Assembly (NCBI GenBank): GCA_002269645.1
Contig: NIVC01000284.1
Coordinates: 248,001-312,000, forward strand
Origin: Macrostomum lignano
Lineage: Eukaryota
Direction of reading: 5' to 3'
Length of the DNA: 64,000 bases
In this document: piece by piece, positions 48,598 to 61,003 of the stretch
Position numbering within the stretch: the first letter of the stretch is position 1
How the letters are laid out: each line of letters starts with the position of its first letter
Program-made: the position numbers and the translations under genes
The notes under the pieces: generated by a model
Told to the model about the DNA's origin: nothing
The model's database searches: none
What the model saw: the letters and a program-made list of their open reading frames with translations, nothing else

Positions 48598-50169
48598 AGA
48601 TAGTCTTCTCTATCATTCTTTGTGTGTATTCAAGTAATACTCAATATAATTATAATTACAGATTGCTGACAAAGCCGCAAGCCAATTTAGATACTTGTCT
48701 TTAATCTTAATCACTGTGTATTCTATACTATATCCATTTAGGCAGTTTTCTCTTCAATTGTTACTTAAAGATAAGTAGTTCGTAGCGGTATATTTGCGAG
48801 CTAGAAATATTAAGAATATTTTTCAGTGTGATTTGGCCCCTTACATTATTTAGTCTTTTTGTACTTTAAAAGGCTTCAACACATTTCTCACGCGTTTAGT
48901 GCCAGTCTTGTTATTACTATGTAAAGAAATTTGCAGTGTATTTTAGAGCATTCTTTTGTGACTCAGAGGCTTATGATATGTTGGCTTTATAATTGCACTA
49001 TTTGCTATCACTGATTTTGTAATTTTAGTTCTGCTCACTGCAAAATATCCAAACTCGTTTTGCCATGCGACGCTGAATGACTTGTAGTCATAAATAAAAA
49101 TATGTTACGTTAAAATTTAAACATAAATAACAAAAATGATACTACAGAATAATGTTTCAATTGAACTTTGAAGGAAATTTTACATTAATAATGTGTGCTT
49201 TATTAACTGCCTAATTTTAAATTAAGTTGTAAATGATGCCAGTATTCATAGTAACCCATTGTAATAATTCGAGCGTAGTTTCAAATTGCGATCCAAAGTC
49301 AAATCAATTCAAAACATAAAAATCAGGACTTCCGCTAAGTATTTCAACACGAGTTTTTTATTGGCACGAAGAAGCAGTATTGTCTAGTATAGTTAAATAG
49401 CTAGCTGTTTAAAGGTGCGATGCATCAACGGATGATTACAAGTTTATAAATAAAAACAATTCATTACAGTATCGTTATATAGTATTCATACGAGTTTATG
49501 ATTACCGCTTGACACTAGAAAAACAAAAACTGTGACTTCAAATAAACAAACCTGATAAAAATGGTGTACAGCCAATAATAAACTATATTTCTAGCAGCTT
49601 CGATATTTTGCGATAACTGCAAAGTTTCTGATATACTGCCAAATTAAATAATTTTAGCACGCTATGGTAAAGCCAATAAAATAGTTTGTGTCTGCTACTA
49701 AATAATCAGGAGTAGTGGAATCAATCCATTCCTGAAGGATCAAAGGGATATGCATTACTTCAGCTAAGTCTTAGATCTGTTAATATCAGTCTGGCATGAT
49801 AATACATGTAGTTTGTATTACATTTACACTTACTGTTGCATCTCGAAGGTGAATTGACAACCAAGTACTAGTTGATTTGTCATAGTGCAAGAGTCACTGG
49901 TCGTGACATGCATATAAATGTACTGTTACATTGACAAATGGAAAACCCTGTAGTCTATAAAAGCTAAGCATGTAGTGCAACTTTAGTGACAATAGAAGCT
50001 AAGCATTCATGACAATTAAATATCAGCGAATGAATGATACATAAAATATCTTTTGTTACTATTCAGTGTCCACACGCAAAGAAAATTCTGAAAAAAGCCA
50101 TAAAAAATTGTATTTAATAAGTCAGGACTCAGGATGGCCTAGTCAAGAAGTATAATATGGGAGAGTGCC

Positions 50170-50770
50170 GGTGGCCCAGCAACTGACACCGGGAGGCTGG
50201 CTCTGCAACTGATCGAGGATCTGGGAGGCTGGCCCAGCAACTGAGGATCTGGGAGGCTGGCCCAGCAACTGATCGAGGGAGGATCTAGAAGGCTGGCCCA
50301 GCAACTGACACTCTGGGAAGCTGGCCCAGCAGCTGACACTGGGAAGCTGGCCCAGCAACTGGGGATCTGGGAGGCTGGCCAGCAACCGAGGATCTGGGAG
50401 GCTGGCCCAGCAACTGACACTGGGAAGCTGGCCCAGCAACTGGGGATCTGGGAGGCTGGCCAGCAACCGAGGATCTGGGAGGCTGTGGCCCAGCAACTGA
50501 GGATCTGGGAGGCTGGCCCTGCAACTGATCGAAGATCTGGGAGGCTGGCCCTGCAACTGATCGAAGATCTGGGAGGCTGGACCAGCAACTGAGGATCTGC
50601 AGGGAGGCTGGTCCACCCAGCAACTGAGGATCTGGAAGGCTGCAACTGAGAATCTGGGAAGCTGGCCCAGCAACTGAGAATCTGGGAAGCGGGCCCAGCA
50701 ACTGAGGATCTGCGAGGCTAGCCCAGCAAATGAAGAGAAATCTGGGAAGCTGGCCCATCAACTGAGGTTT
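50170..50770. repeat. ~28-bp degenerate minisatellite (GGCCCAGCAACTGAGGATCTGGGAGGCT)n
   Basis: Tandem variant units. Confidence 0.92.
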
Positions 50771-51161
50771 TGGAAGGATGGTGACCTCCCAGATTCCAGT
50801 GACCCAGATGGAGGATATACATTAAGACTCAAGTGGACGGCATAAATTGTGGAGAAACATAATTTCAACAGATCTTTACTTCATATTGAAAACGAACATA
50901 GCGTAAAAAGTGTACTTCAAGAAGAAAAACAGCTTTCAGTCTTTAAGTCTTCTTTAAGATCGATCAAGTTTATTGTCCTCATGTTAGCTTAAACAAACAG
51001 CTCAATCTCAAACCGGCCATCCAGAGCAGTTGCAAGTTTAACAGCCACGGTTGCCAAATAATTAGGCACAACATCGAACCGACACCAGATGACAGCAAAA
51101 CACTGGCAGACTTGGCTTCACTAATAGGAGAGTCGCTGCCAGGAGACCCTCCGTCAACTAG

Positions 51162-51636
51162 TCACAACTCGTTGCCACCGCTACCGTTGACAATCGGTCT
51201 CAGATGAAGCATCTCGGCAGTCCACAGCTGCACAATCGCCCCAATATCTTCAGACTGATCCCAATTGATATTATCCGCATTGTCATTAATATTATGCCAC
51301 ACAGGTGGAAATGGCACAGCAATAATGTGAACTACTGGCACCTGGCGTTGACGAAATGGCACGTGATCGTCTTCAATTTGACCGTATCGAACTACCGGTT
51401 GAAAAAACGTTGCCCCCTTTGAGTCCGACAAGAGACCGGCCTTTCTGAGCCGAGTCTCAGCGGAAACTAAACCGGAAAATAGGGCTTTCTCTTTGTCAAC
51501 CAGAGCTCGATTGCTGCTACCGTGCGACAGATAGCAAAACTGTGTGTTCTTGTGGCCGATCAGGTCTAGCAGCACCAAGCTGTCCATCTCCTTCAGTACG
51601 GTGCAGTCGGGTGAGACGCCCTTCTCAGCTGACCAT
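51162..51636 (-). CDS. QPCT: Glutaminyl-peptide cyclotransferase, exon 2
   Basis: Acceptor tctgcacag at 51637; encodes LVLLDLIG, IEDDHVPF and FPPVWHN motifs; TGA at 51164-62. Confidence 0.93.
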
Positions 51637-51819
51637 CTGTGCAGAAGAGTTCAGATTGCGACTGTTCAGCTGCTACTTAACTCTTCCCTACGAGTATTCC
51701 TCTCTCTATCTCTCTGCTGTCCTGGTTCCGCTTCCTGTATAGATTTATCTGTTTTGGAATTCCCCTACGTCTCCTTGATTCCCCTATTTCTCACTCCCAC
51801 CTAATTTATTTTTTTTCTT

Positions 51820-52625
51820 TTACCTAGATTCCCCTCACTCCCCCACCTAGATTCCCCTCTCTCCCACACCTAGATTCCCCTCTCCCCCACCTAGATTCCT
51901 CTCTCCCACACCTAGATTCCCCTCTCTCCCACACCTAGATTCCCCTTTCCTCCACCTAGATTCCCCTCACTCCCCCACCTAGATTCCCCTCTCTCCCACA
52001 CCTAGATTCCCCTCTCCCCCACCTAGATTCCTCTCTCCCACACCTAGATTCCCCTCTCTCCCCCACCTAGATTTCGCCCTCTCCCCCACCTAGATTCCCC
52101 TCCCTCCCACACCTAGATTTCCCTCTCTCCCACCTAGATTCCCCTCTCTCCCCCACCTAGATTCCCCTCTCCCCCACCTAGATTCCCCCTCTCCCCACCT
52201 AGATTTCCATCTCCTCTCTCCCACCTAGATTTCCATCTCCTCTCTCCCACATAGATTTCCATCTCCTCTCTCCCACATAGATTCCCCTCTCTCCCACACC
52301 TAGATTTCCATCTCCTCTCTCCCACCTAGATTTCCATCTCCTCTCTCCCACATAGATTCCCCTCTCTCCCACACCTAGATTTCCATCTCCTCTCTCCCAC
52401 CTAGATTTCCATCTCCTCTCCCACCTAGATTTTCATCTCCTCTCTCCCACCTAGATTTCCATTTCCTCTCTCCCACCTAGATTTCCATCCCCTCTCTTCC
52501 ACCTAGATTCCCTTCTCTCCTAAATAGATTCCTCCCTCTCTCTCTCCCATCTAGATTCTTTTTCCTTTCCTTACATTCAATTTCTTTCCAACCAGATAGA
52601 TTCCCCTCTCTTCCCCACCTAGCTT
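51820..52625. repeat. ~24-bp minisatellite (CACCTAGATTCCCCTCTCTCCCA)n filling the QPCT intron
   Basis: Tandem variant units. Confidence 0.94.
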
Positions 52626-52693
52626 GTCCTCTCTCCTTGACCCTATTTTTGTGTTTCACTTGAAACAGCCAGTCTACAACCCCCTTTTCTCAC

Positions 52694-53319
52694 CTGGCCG
52701 CCAAGTGCCTGGCCCCGTAGATAGAATCGGTAGCAGTCCAAGCTTGAAACGCCTCCTCACCATCGAAGAACACAAACTGCAGTCCCAGCTCCGCCTTAGC
52801 CGAGGAACCGTTTCTTCGAACCAACGGGGTCAGAGCTTCCGCTAGCTGCAGCAGGATCGCGCACGGCACCGCTGAATCAATCGCACCAATAAACCCGGGC
52901 ATTTTCTTCGACTCAAAATGAGCAGCCAGAACCAACTTCCTAGGTGCATTCGGATGCAGAGAAGCAATGATATTATCGAACTTGTGACGGCCATCTACAG
53001 TGTCCTGTTCGAAGCTATCAAAGCTAACGGACCAGCTCAGTTTGCGCATACTACTAACTAAATAATCGCGAACAATATCGTGATTCTTCGATCCGACTGG
53101 ACGTTCAACTAACAACGGTTGAGCCAGTTGAATCAAACGATCTTTCGTCGACAGATTGCGTAAAGCTCTCATCTGGGATGAATCGAATGGTTCAACAGCC
53201 GAAGCAAAGGTTGTTACGTCAGGACAGCCTGTACTGCCGTTTACTGAGCGGCTGCTGGACCACAGGCCACTGTACAGGAGAGTAGCGACCAGCACAGCCA
53301 CAAATACAGACGCTGCCAT
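52694..53319 (-). CDS. QPCT: Glutaminyl-peptide cyclotransferase (M28 family), exon 1; total about 366 aa
   Basis: ATG at 53319 (track start 53355 is GTG); N-terminal hydrophobic segment; AAHFESK, GAIDSAVPC, FFDGEEAF and DSIYGARHLA motifs; donor AG|gtgaga at 52693, phase 2 matching exon 2. Confidence 0.93.
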
Positions 53320-53821
53320 GATTGATCCGGTTCGTTGCTGCAGTTTTGCAAACACTCCAGTGGAACTGCTACCGGCTCTGCTACGCCTTCGTGCCAGAAT
53401 GAATCTCTTTTATATATTTTTTATTAAAGTAGACTTTTTTAGTCGTGTTCGTTTGATTAAAAATTACTATTTTTTCGTCCTTTTTTCCTCTCGTCCTTAT
53501 AAGGCTGACAATCGATTGGCTCGAATAAATCTTCTCGGTTCGACCGGGAGTTCGACATCAAATTTGCAAACGCACAGTGGGGGTGAACGGAAGTGCAGTC
53601 TTTGGGAGGAAATTACAAAAAGAAACGAATGGACATGCATATTGGCTTTATCGCAGAATTTTTTAATCATTTTTTTTTCTAACCTGAACACGAGCGAGAG
53701 CACACGAAGGGACTGGTAAAGTATTGGGAAATCTAGATCCTGATATCCAGTGTTCCACTAAACAATAGAGCATTTAAGATAGTAGGTGCAGTGAATTTAG
53801 TACTCGTATATGCATAGTGCA

Positions 53822-54130
53822 GATAATAATAATAATTGATTACACCTGCCCCAATTGGGGCAGATGTGCAACCGACAGCTCAGCCGCAGCTATTGCACAG
53901 CGAATCTGAAGGCTGCGTAAGGCTGTTCAGTCCAAGGACTGGGGGGTCGCCATGACACACAGCCTCAATTACCCCAGCTAATGCTGGCACCCATTTTACA
54001 GCTGGGTGAACTGAAGCAATGCAGATTTAAGTGTTATTGCTCAAAGACACAAATTATTTCGACTGGGTCGAGAATTGAACTCCCGACCTTCAAGTCATGA
54101 GTCCGACGCTCTAACCACTGGGCTACAACC
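53822..54130 (-). mobile_element. tRNA-derived CORE-SINE
   Basis: Head GGTTGTAGCCCAGTGGTTAGAGCGTCGGACTCATGACTTGAAGGTCGGGAGTTCAATTCTC with A and B boxes; CORE-like TGTGTCTTTGAGCAA..CACTTAA...CACCCAGCTGTAAAATGGG; (TTA)n tail. Confidence 0.85.
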
Positions 54131-55087
54131 TTTACAGTGTAAAGCATAAGCTAAAAATAATGTTACAATTTAAAGCCCTACCATAGCAACCATTGCCATA
54201 GCTACCATAGCAAGTTTCAAGCACTTGTAACTATTATGTTGGACTGAAAAGCGGGAGTACTGGGTAAATAGCAGGAGCAACTATTTGTCAAGTGTAAATA
54301 GTGAATGCCTCGTCATCTGATAAGTTTATTATTAATTCACTTAATGTCATTTTAGTTACTTTGTAGCATAGAAATATTAGAATTTTTTAAATTACATAGA
54401 AGGCGCTAATAGTTGGTTAATTAGTTCAAAGGTTCATTGGGTTTGGGAGTAAATCAAGTTAGCAAGAGGGCAAGCAGTTATGCCTCCTGTTATTGTGACC
54501 TCCCAAATAGACATGCAAATTGCATGATATATAGTATCACTAAGCATATATAATGGCCCTAACTTATTTATCATCATTTAGAATTAAGACATTCTTTTTA
54601 GTAGGTTCATGGGAATTACTAAAAATTACTAAAAGGAGATACTAGGCGGTATCCCCACCCTCCGGGTGTCCCATCAACCCATCTCCCATCCAGTGGAATA
54701 CCTCGCGGAGTATTGTATAGTTACCGTAAACTGGAAGCAAAAAGCCTTAACCAAAAGGCCCCTCTACAATTGAGTTTTGCAATGGTCCTTAACAGGTTCC
54801 GAATTTCTCGTTCAATTGTAATATACCTCTAATCTGTCTAATACAAGATGTTAACATACCATACCTATCAACTAACTCTAAGTGGGTGTGGCGGCTCCCT
54901 CAGTCAATGAAAGACTGTTCATCTATACACAGCCCTCAGACGCATTGCGCACTGCACGCAGAAAGCTACGACTGTGCCAATCGCTGTAACTCTGGCCGCT
55001 TACTGCAGGCCAGGTGTAATGAGTAAAAAAATATATAAGAAAGTTTGTATGTTGGGGAGCAAAGAAAGAATGTAATTATGTAATGTA

Positions 55088-55912
55088 GCAAGCAAGCATC
55101 CCCCAGATAGCAAGCATCCCCCAGATAGCAAGCATCCCCCAGATTGCAAGCATCCCCCAGATAGCAAGCATCCCCCAGATAGCAAGCATCCCCCAGATAG
55201 CAAGCATCCCCCTGACAGCAAGCATCCCCCAGATAGCAAGCATCCCCCAGATAGCAAGCATCCCCCAGATAGCAAGCATCCCCCAGATAGCAAGCACCCC
55301 CCAGACAGCAAGCATACCCCAAGACAGCAAGCATCCCCCATATAGCAAGCATCCCCCTGACAGCAAGCATCCCCCAGATAGCAAGCATCCCCCAGATAGC
55401 AAGCATCCCCCAGATAGCAAGCATCCCCCTGACAGCAAGCATCCCCCAGATAGCAAGCATCCCCCAGATAGCAAGCATCCCCCTGACAGCAAGCATCCCC
55501 CTGACAGCAAGCATCCCCCAGACAGCAAGCATCCCCCTGACAGCAAGCATCCCCCAGATAGCAAGCATCCCCCTGACAGCAAGCATCCCCCAGATAGCAA
55601 GCATCCCCCAGATAGCAAGCACCCCCAGACAGCAAGCATCCCCCTGACAGCAAGCATCCCCCGATAGCAAGCATTCCCCAGATAGCAAGCATCCCCCAGA
55701 CAGCAAGCATCCCCAGACAGCAAGCATCCCCCTGACAGCAAGCATCCCCCTGACAGCAGCATCCCCCAGACAGCAAGCATCCCCCAGACAGCAAGCATCC
55801 CCCTGACAGCAAGCATCCCCGACAGCAAGCATCCCCCTGACAGCAAGCATCCCCCAGACAGCAAGCATCCCCCAGACAGCAAGCATCCTCTAGACAGAAA
55901 GCATCCCTCAGA
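55088..55912. repeat. 18-bp minisatellite (AGCAAGCATCCCCCAGAT)n
   Basis: Period 18 (GGCLLS repeats in the track). Confidence 0.97.
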
Positions 55913-58204
55913 CATTGTGGCGCACTACTTCAATACTTTCAAAGTGCATTGGCTGATATCTACCCTTATGCAAAAAACGTTTTCGAATCTTCATATTTAA
56001 TTATTTATAGTTCGTAGCATCAGCTAAATAAGTTGAAGCTTAGTCTATGGCCATAGATATATTGAGCTCTCACTGCAAGAAAAATACACTAATTAGATAG
56101 GAAAAACAAGTTTTTGTACATTCACCAATTTCTTAATTGAAATTAAACATTTAAACCCCACATTGACACTCCCGTAATATTTCCGATCTATTGGCTCAAG
56201 TCAGGTAAAAATCTATCTAGCCACTTTTCTTCTAAGCTATCATTTATACATAGACACATTCATTTTTACAATAGTATATAGACAAGCATACAAACAAACC
56301 TTAGAGATTTAGTATATTTAGATAAGCTCTAGGGAAATTTTTCATATGAACCATAAGTTAGTACCTGGCTATAAACAGAATCCAACCTTGAAATACTTTG
56401 GTCTTAGTGTTACATATAGAAGCAGTGATTAATAAAAGTTAAAATATTTATAAACAGATAAAACAAATATAACTAAGAAAAAAACAATATGAGTTTAAGT
56501 ATATTCCAGGGTTTCTCTCTGTCTAATCAAAGTTCCACTGGTTAGCAACCAAGTTATTGTAGCCTAGGTTTCCTATCCAAAATTTCATTTAAGGACTCCT
56601 TGCACATTGAAGTTGTCCTAGTATCAGTTTCAAATGGCAAACATTGATCTAATTTCCTTAATAACTATATTCCAACTTCTAATTCATCCAGTCCTAAATT
56701 AGGCTATCCTGGGACTGGAGTTGCCCAACTGGCTAACCATTTTTCCTTTGTTTGCTGTCCTCTCATGGGTTTCTCCTTCCTTTTATTTATTTAGCTTTCT
56801 AGAGTATTAAGTCAAAATGATTTGCTTTCTTGAACTGAATTAAAGAAATGGCAGGCAAAAAACCCAATGCAGCAAAATCGCTTTTATTTATAGCTTGAAA
56901 AAGGAGGTTGGGATGCATAGGACAAGTCAAAGCAAAAATTCACACTATCTATAAGTTTAAACAAAATTTATTTGCATAAAAAATTCTTATCATTATAACA
57001 AAAATGTTTTTTTTAATTAAAAAATAGCCTACTTAAACAAAGATCCATTCAAACAAAATACCCTATTATTTATGTAACTAGGCATACTAATTGGCTGATA
57101 TTTAAAATATATTATATAGCTATACCTATAGTCTGTCTTAAGTCAAATATATATTTTTTCTAAAGGTAAATTATTATAAAACATTAAGCCACAAGAAATA
57201 AAAAAGAAACAAAATAAATATATTGTCTAAACTAAACCAACAATTCAACAAAATGGTTCTTCAAATACAATATATAAAGAAAAGGCATTATAATGTAAAA
57301 ATAAGATTCTCATTTACAAATAAATATAGACTAATTGTTATTGCTAGTTAAACCTTGACACAAATAAACGACTATTACAATAAACACACAGCACAAAACA
57401 CACACAGCACACATACAGAAACACACACACACACACACTGCACAGCAGCACACACAAAATAGTTATCTATAGACATAGTCTAGATGGTCCATTACTTTAT
57501 ATTTGCTAGAATTATTATAATTTATAGATTCAAAAAGTTTCAAATAATATGTATATAGATAGGTCAAGTACAGCATTTTTAATTTCATGTAATGAATTTA
57601 ACTTATATGATAAGATTTGTACATCACAATCACATCATGTTGATATTTTGGATTTATCTAGCAATGTAAAACAAACCTGCAAGAATATTAAGCGTAATTA
57701 AACACAGTTCAATGTTTTAAACTTCAGCTATTCTAAACGGAAGATAAATCCATGAATTCACCTAACGGTTTTTTAAAGATGTCCTGAATCTACTACCATA
57801 TAAATACAGTAGTGTCGACTAATTCCTGAAGTCTAGGAAAACGATAAATTTAAATATTGGGAGAGTAACTTATTACTATTAAAACAAACCGTTCGGAGCA
57901 ACATGCTGACTGACCATTGCCTAAGAAACAAACAAAATTTTTTTATCGCAAGTGCGGCTTTGTTAGTTTTAAAGCAGTGATATTTATTTAGGTAATTTTA
58001 GGCAGTGTGGGTCCCGCCACGCCTTCCAGCAAATCAAAAAAATACATGCCGAAAATGCAAATTTGCATGCAGAATTTGGCTTACTATATGCCGTTTTTTC
58101 GTGAAGAAAAAGGCTTGTCAAGCCACCGTATGATTGTGACACGAGTTCCAGTCCACAATGGGTTCGCTGTACCTTAATTGGGGTTGACTATATATGGTGC
58201 TATT

Positions 58205-58770
58205 GCATGGTGCTATTGCATGGTGCTGGCACCCCTTGGTGCTGGCGCCCCTTGGTGCTGGCGCCCCTTGGTGCTGGCACCCCTTGGTGCTGGCGCCCCT
58301 TGGTGCTGGCGCCCCTTGGTGCTGGCACCCCTTGGTGCTGGCGCCCCTTGGTGCTGGCGCCCCTTGGTGCTGGCGCCCCTTGGTGCTGGCGCCCCTTGGT
58401 GCTGGCGCCCCTTGGTGCTGGCGCCCCTTGGTGCTGGCGCCCCTTGGTGCTGGCGCCCCTTGGTGCTGGCGCCCCTTGGTGCTGGCGCCCCTTGGTGCTG
58501 GCGCCCCTTGGTGCTGGCGCCCCTTGGTGCTGGCGCCCCTTGGTGCTGGCGCCCCTTGGTGCTGGCGCCCCTTGGTGCTGGCGCCCCTTGGTGCTGGCGC
58601 CCCTTGGTGCTGGCGCCCCTTGGTGCTGGCGCCCCTTGGTGCTGGCGCCCCTTGGTGCTGGCGCCCCTTGGTGCTGGCGCCCCTTGGTGCTGACGCCCCT
58701 TGGTGCTGGCGCCCCTTGGTGCTGGCGCCCCTTGGTGCTGGCGCCCCTTGGTGCTAAGCCCTTTGGTGCT
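58205..58770. repeat. 16-bp GGCGCC minisatellite (GGCGCCCCTTGGTGCT)n
   Basis: Period 16; equals the 17-bp unit at 7.6 kb minus one T. Confidence 0.97.
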
Positions 58771-59224
58771 AAAGGCACTTTCGGTTTTAATTAGCTATTT
58801 AAAATCAAGAACAATGCAATTTTGTGCTTGCTAACGTACATGTATGATACATGGACACGTGTGCCAATTACGAGTCGTAACGGTTTCTACTAGCTTAAAG
58901 GAAAAAAGAAGCCGTGGCATTTGAAAGTTGCACGTAAAATGAACGTGCATGTGCTGTATTGTTAGATATTATTTTAAAGTCCAGTTAAAAGTATTCCTTT
59001 TAAAAAGTTCGCTGTTAGGAAAAACGATCGCCTTTTATCATTGTAGAAACCGCGTGCATCATACTGATTCGTACATGTACATGTAATTCATTGTAGATAC
59101 GCGTAGTACATGCACATGCCTTCGAATCCCAACGTAGACTTTGAAAAAAAATCAATACACCGTTACAACAGATTCAAGATCAGTTTGAATATTGTAAGTA
59201 GCTATGCGACGGTTATGGATTTAT

Positions 59225-61003
59225 CTAAGCCGGTATAGAACTCGATGACGACTGCATTACGGTTCTATCGTTGGTTTGTTCCCGAGCTTTTTCTAACGAA
59301 GCATTGTCGTCTTTCGCACAATACCGGCTGGCAATAATGCTGTAGAGCAGCTCGAGCAGCTCGCACAATGTCAGCAACGACATGCCCAGGTAGATGCCCA
59401 TCACGCCGCCTACCTCTGAGACAAAGTTTAAGAATCCGTAGTCAATAGAGAAAAAGATTCTGTTGCACATTAGGCATCTTGGCTTGAAATAGACTTTGAG
59501 AAGGTTGCTTTGCACATACGAGGCTACGCTCGATGCGTTGCCAGTCATGAGAAAGTCGAGTGCAGGTACGCTGAGGTTCCTAGACTTTGCTGTTGCCCAC
59601 GCATGCCTCACTGAGGTGTTGATGAAAGCAGACAGAGAGCTCTGTGTGGGCCAGTCAGCGCTGGAGATGCTGGCACTGTAATCTGTTGCTTCGCAAAGTC
59701 GCCTCCCTTTGCAGGCAATTCGGATTTTATCCGAAAAATTAGGATCCTCTTCGTAAAATTTTCCCTAAAAATAGTATGTAAAATAATTTGGTGTATTTGT
59801 TACGTTGTAAAAGTATTTCTTATGCCTCAGAGGCCACGGTAACGGGTTAATGTTGCCGGATAGGTTGTAAAGCTGTTGGGCTTGCTTATGGTACTCATAG
59901 TAGTAGCAGTAAGAATAACTGTATGCATGGCTGTACGCAGACAAATCGTAAGGATTCGTAAACTCAACTTCAGGTTGCTTGGTAAGACAGTCGAACTGAT
60001 CCTCTTTGAAAGCACTTCGAATCATTTCGATCTCGACAGAGTGAAATTTCCCAGGTCCCAATGAGAATGAACTCACAAAGTCGGACGGGTACTCGCCAGG
60101 CGGGCTCAAGAACACCTTTAGTCCTGTGACTCTGTCCGCCTGAGTGTAGCCATTCATCGACAAGAGCCAGTCAGATACTGGGATCTCCGTGCCAGAGAGT
60201 TTATCTCCGTGGGATCTCCGTGGGATCTCTGGGATCGGTGGATAGCCTGCGGACTCCAACAAAGACGAATTAGTGTCCAACAGAATGGTGACTGTAAGTC
60301 CCGCCCAAGACTCAGCTGTTGTCATTTTCCCCTGCCAGGTACTGTTAATGGTCCATTGGAGACACCGGAGGTACATCGGATGATTGAACTCAGTAGATTT
60401 TATGGCTGCGGAACCTGGAGTTCCATTTTCCTGAATGTAGATTATGTTGCTTTCGATGACGCTCTGTTCGACTCTGTGAGCGAACTTGTCAAAGAGCAGC
60501 TTGTAGGGCAGACCTTGCAGGGCCAGCAGACTATTGTCACGAACTCTGTCTGCCGCATCTGGTCCAGTTATATTAAAGTATTCTAATAAAGCTCTATAAT
60601 GACTCTCCCAGCGGTTAAATGTATCATTGATAGCTGCCGCAGTGCTGAGGTCAATATTTCCCGAGTAGCTGGCAGAGAACGGGTTTTCAAAACACATGTA
60701 CAGGTCCGGGAATTGAAACTTCTCGCTCTCCGATTCAATAGAGCTGGTCACTTTCTGCGATTTCAGCTTGATGACAAACTCGGAGAAGCTCTTGAGAAAC
60801 ACACTGAACATGAGCAGATACAGAAGAAGCCAGGCAACCCTGACATAGACAGGCCTGTTCGAGACAATTCTAGGCAGTCCATGCGACGTCGTAGAGCTCA
60901 AAGCACTCTTTAGCTGTTGCATGTCGTCTGTCGTGTTCAGTGTTTCAAGGGCTACACCAATGCAGTTATATTGCGGCTGCAGCGAGTTCCTTAAACTAGT
61001 CAT
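59225..61003 (-). CDS. DEG/ENaC (ASIC/ENaC superfamily) channel subunit; one continuous frame interrupted by a single TAG at 59767-59765
   Basis: Pre-TM1 STTSHGLPRI motif, TM1 (VAWLLLYLLMFSVF), FPDLYMCFENPF, and TM2 SEVGGVMGIYLGMSLLTLCELLE. Track ORFs 59765-61003 and 59225-59611 are in the same frame, bridged by GKFYEEDP...ACKGRRLC...DWPT. Functional status unresolved. Confidence 0.88.

Noticed and set aside
54060-54130. tRNA gene
   Set aside because: The acceptor stem does not close and the sequence continues into a CORE domain and tail, so it is a SINE head.
56560-56770. Minus-strand frame reading like decayed protein (EKWLASWATPVPG*PNLGLDELEVGI*LLRKLDQCLPF...)
   Set aside because: Two in-frame stops and no recognisable family motif; possibly a transposon fossil but not assignable by eye.
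7586-58794. Dozens of long ORFs with periodic translations (LAPLGAWRP, RQERV, CVSMFISL, SDPAF, LCYLG, GDACYL, ERERE and similar)
   Set aside because: They are stop-free readings of minisatellites or CT/GA tracts, open in several frames and on both strands, with no splice or domain context.
59765-59767. Genetic-code reassignment of TAG as the explanation for the channel's internal stop
   Set aside because: TAG ends the caspase (48595-97) at the expected position and ends the same channel gene (59227-25) where the paralog has TGA.
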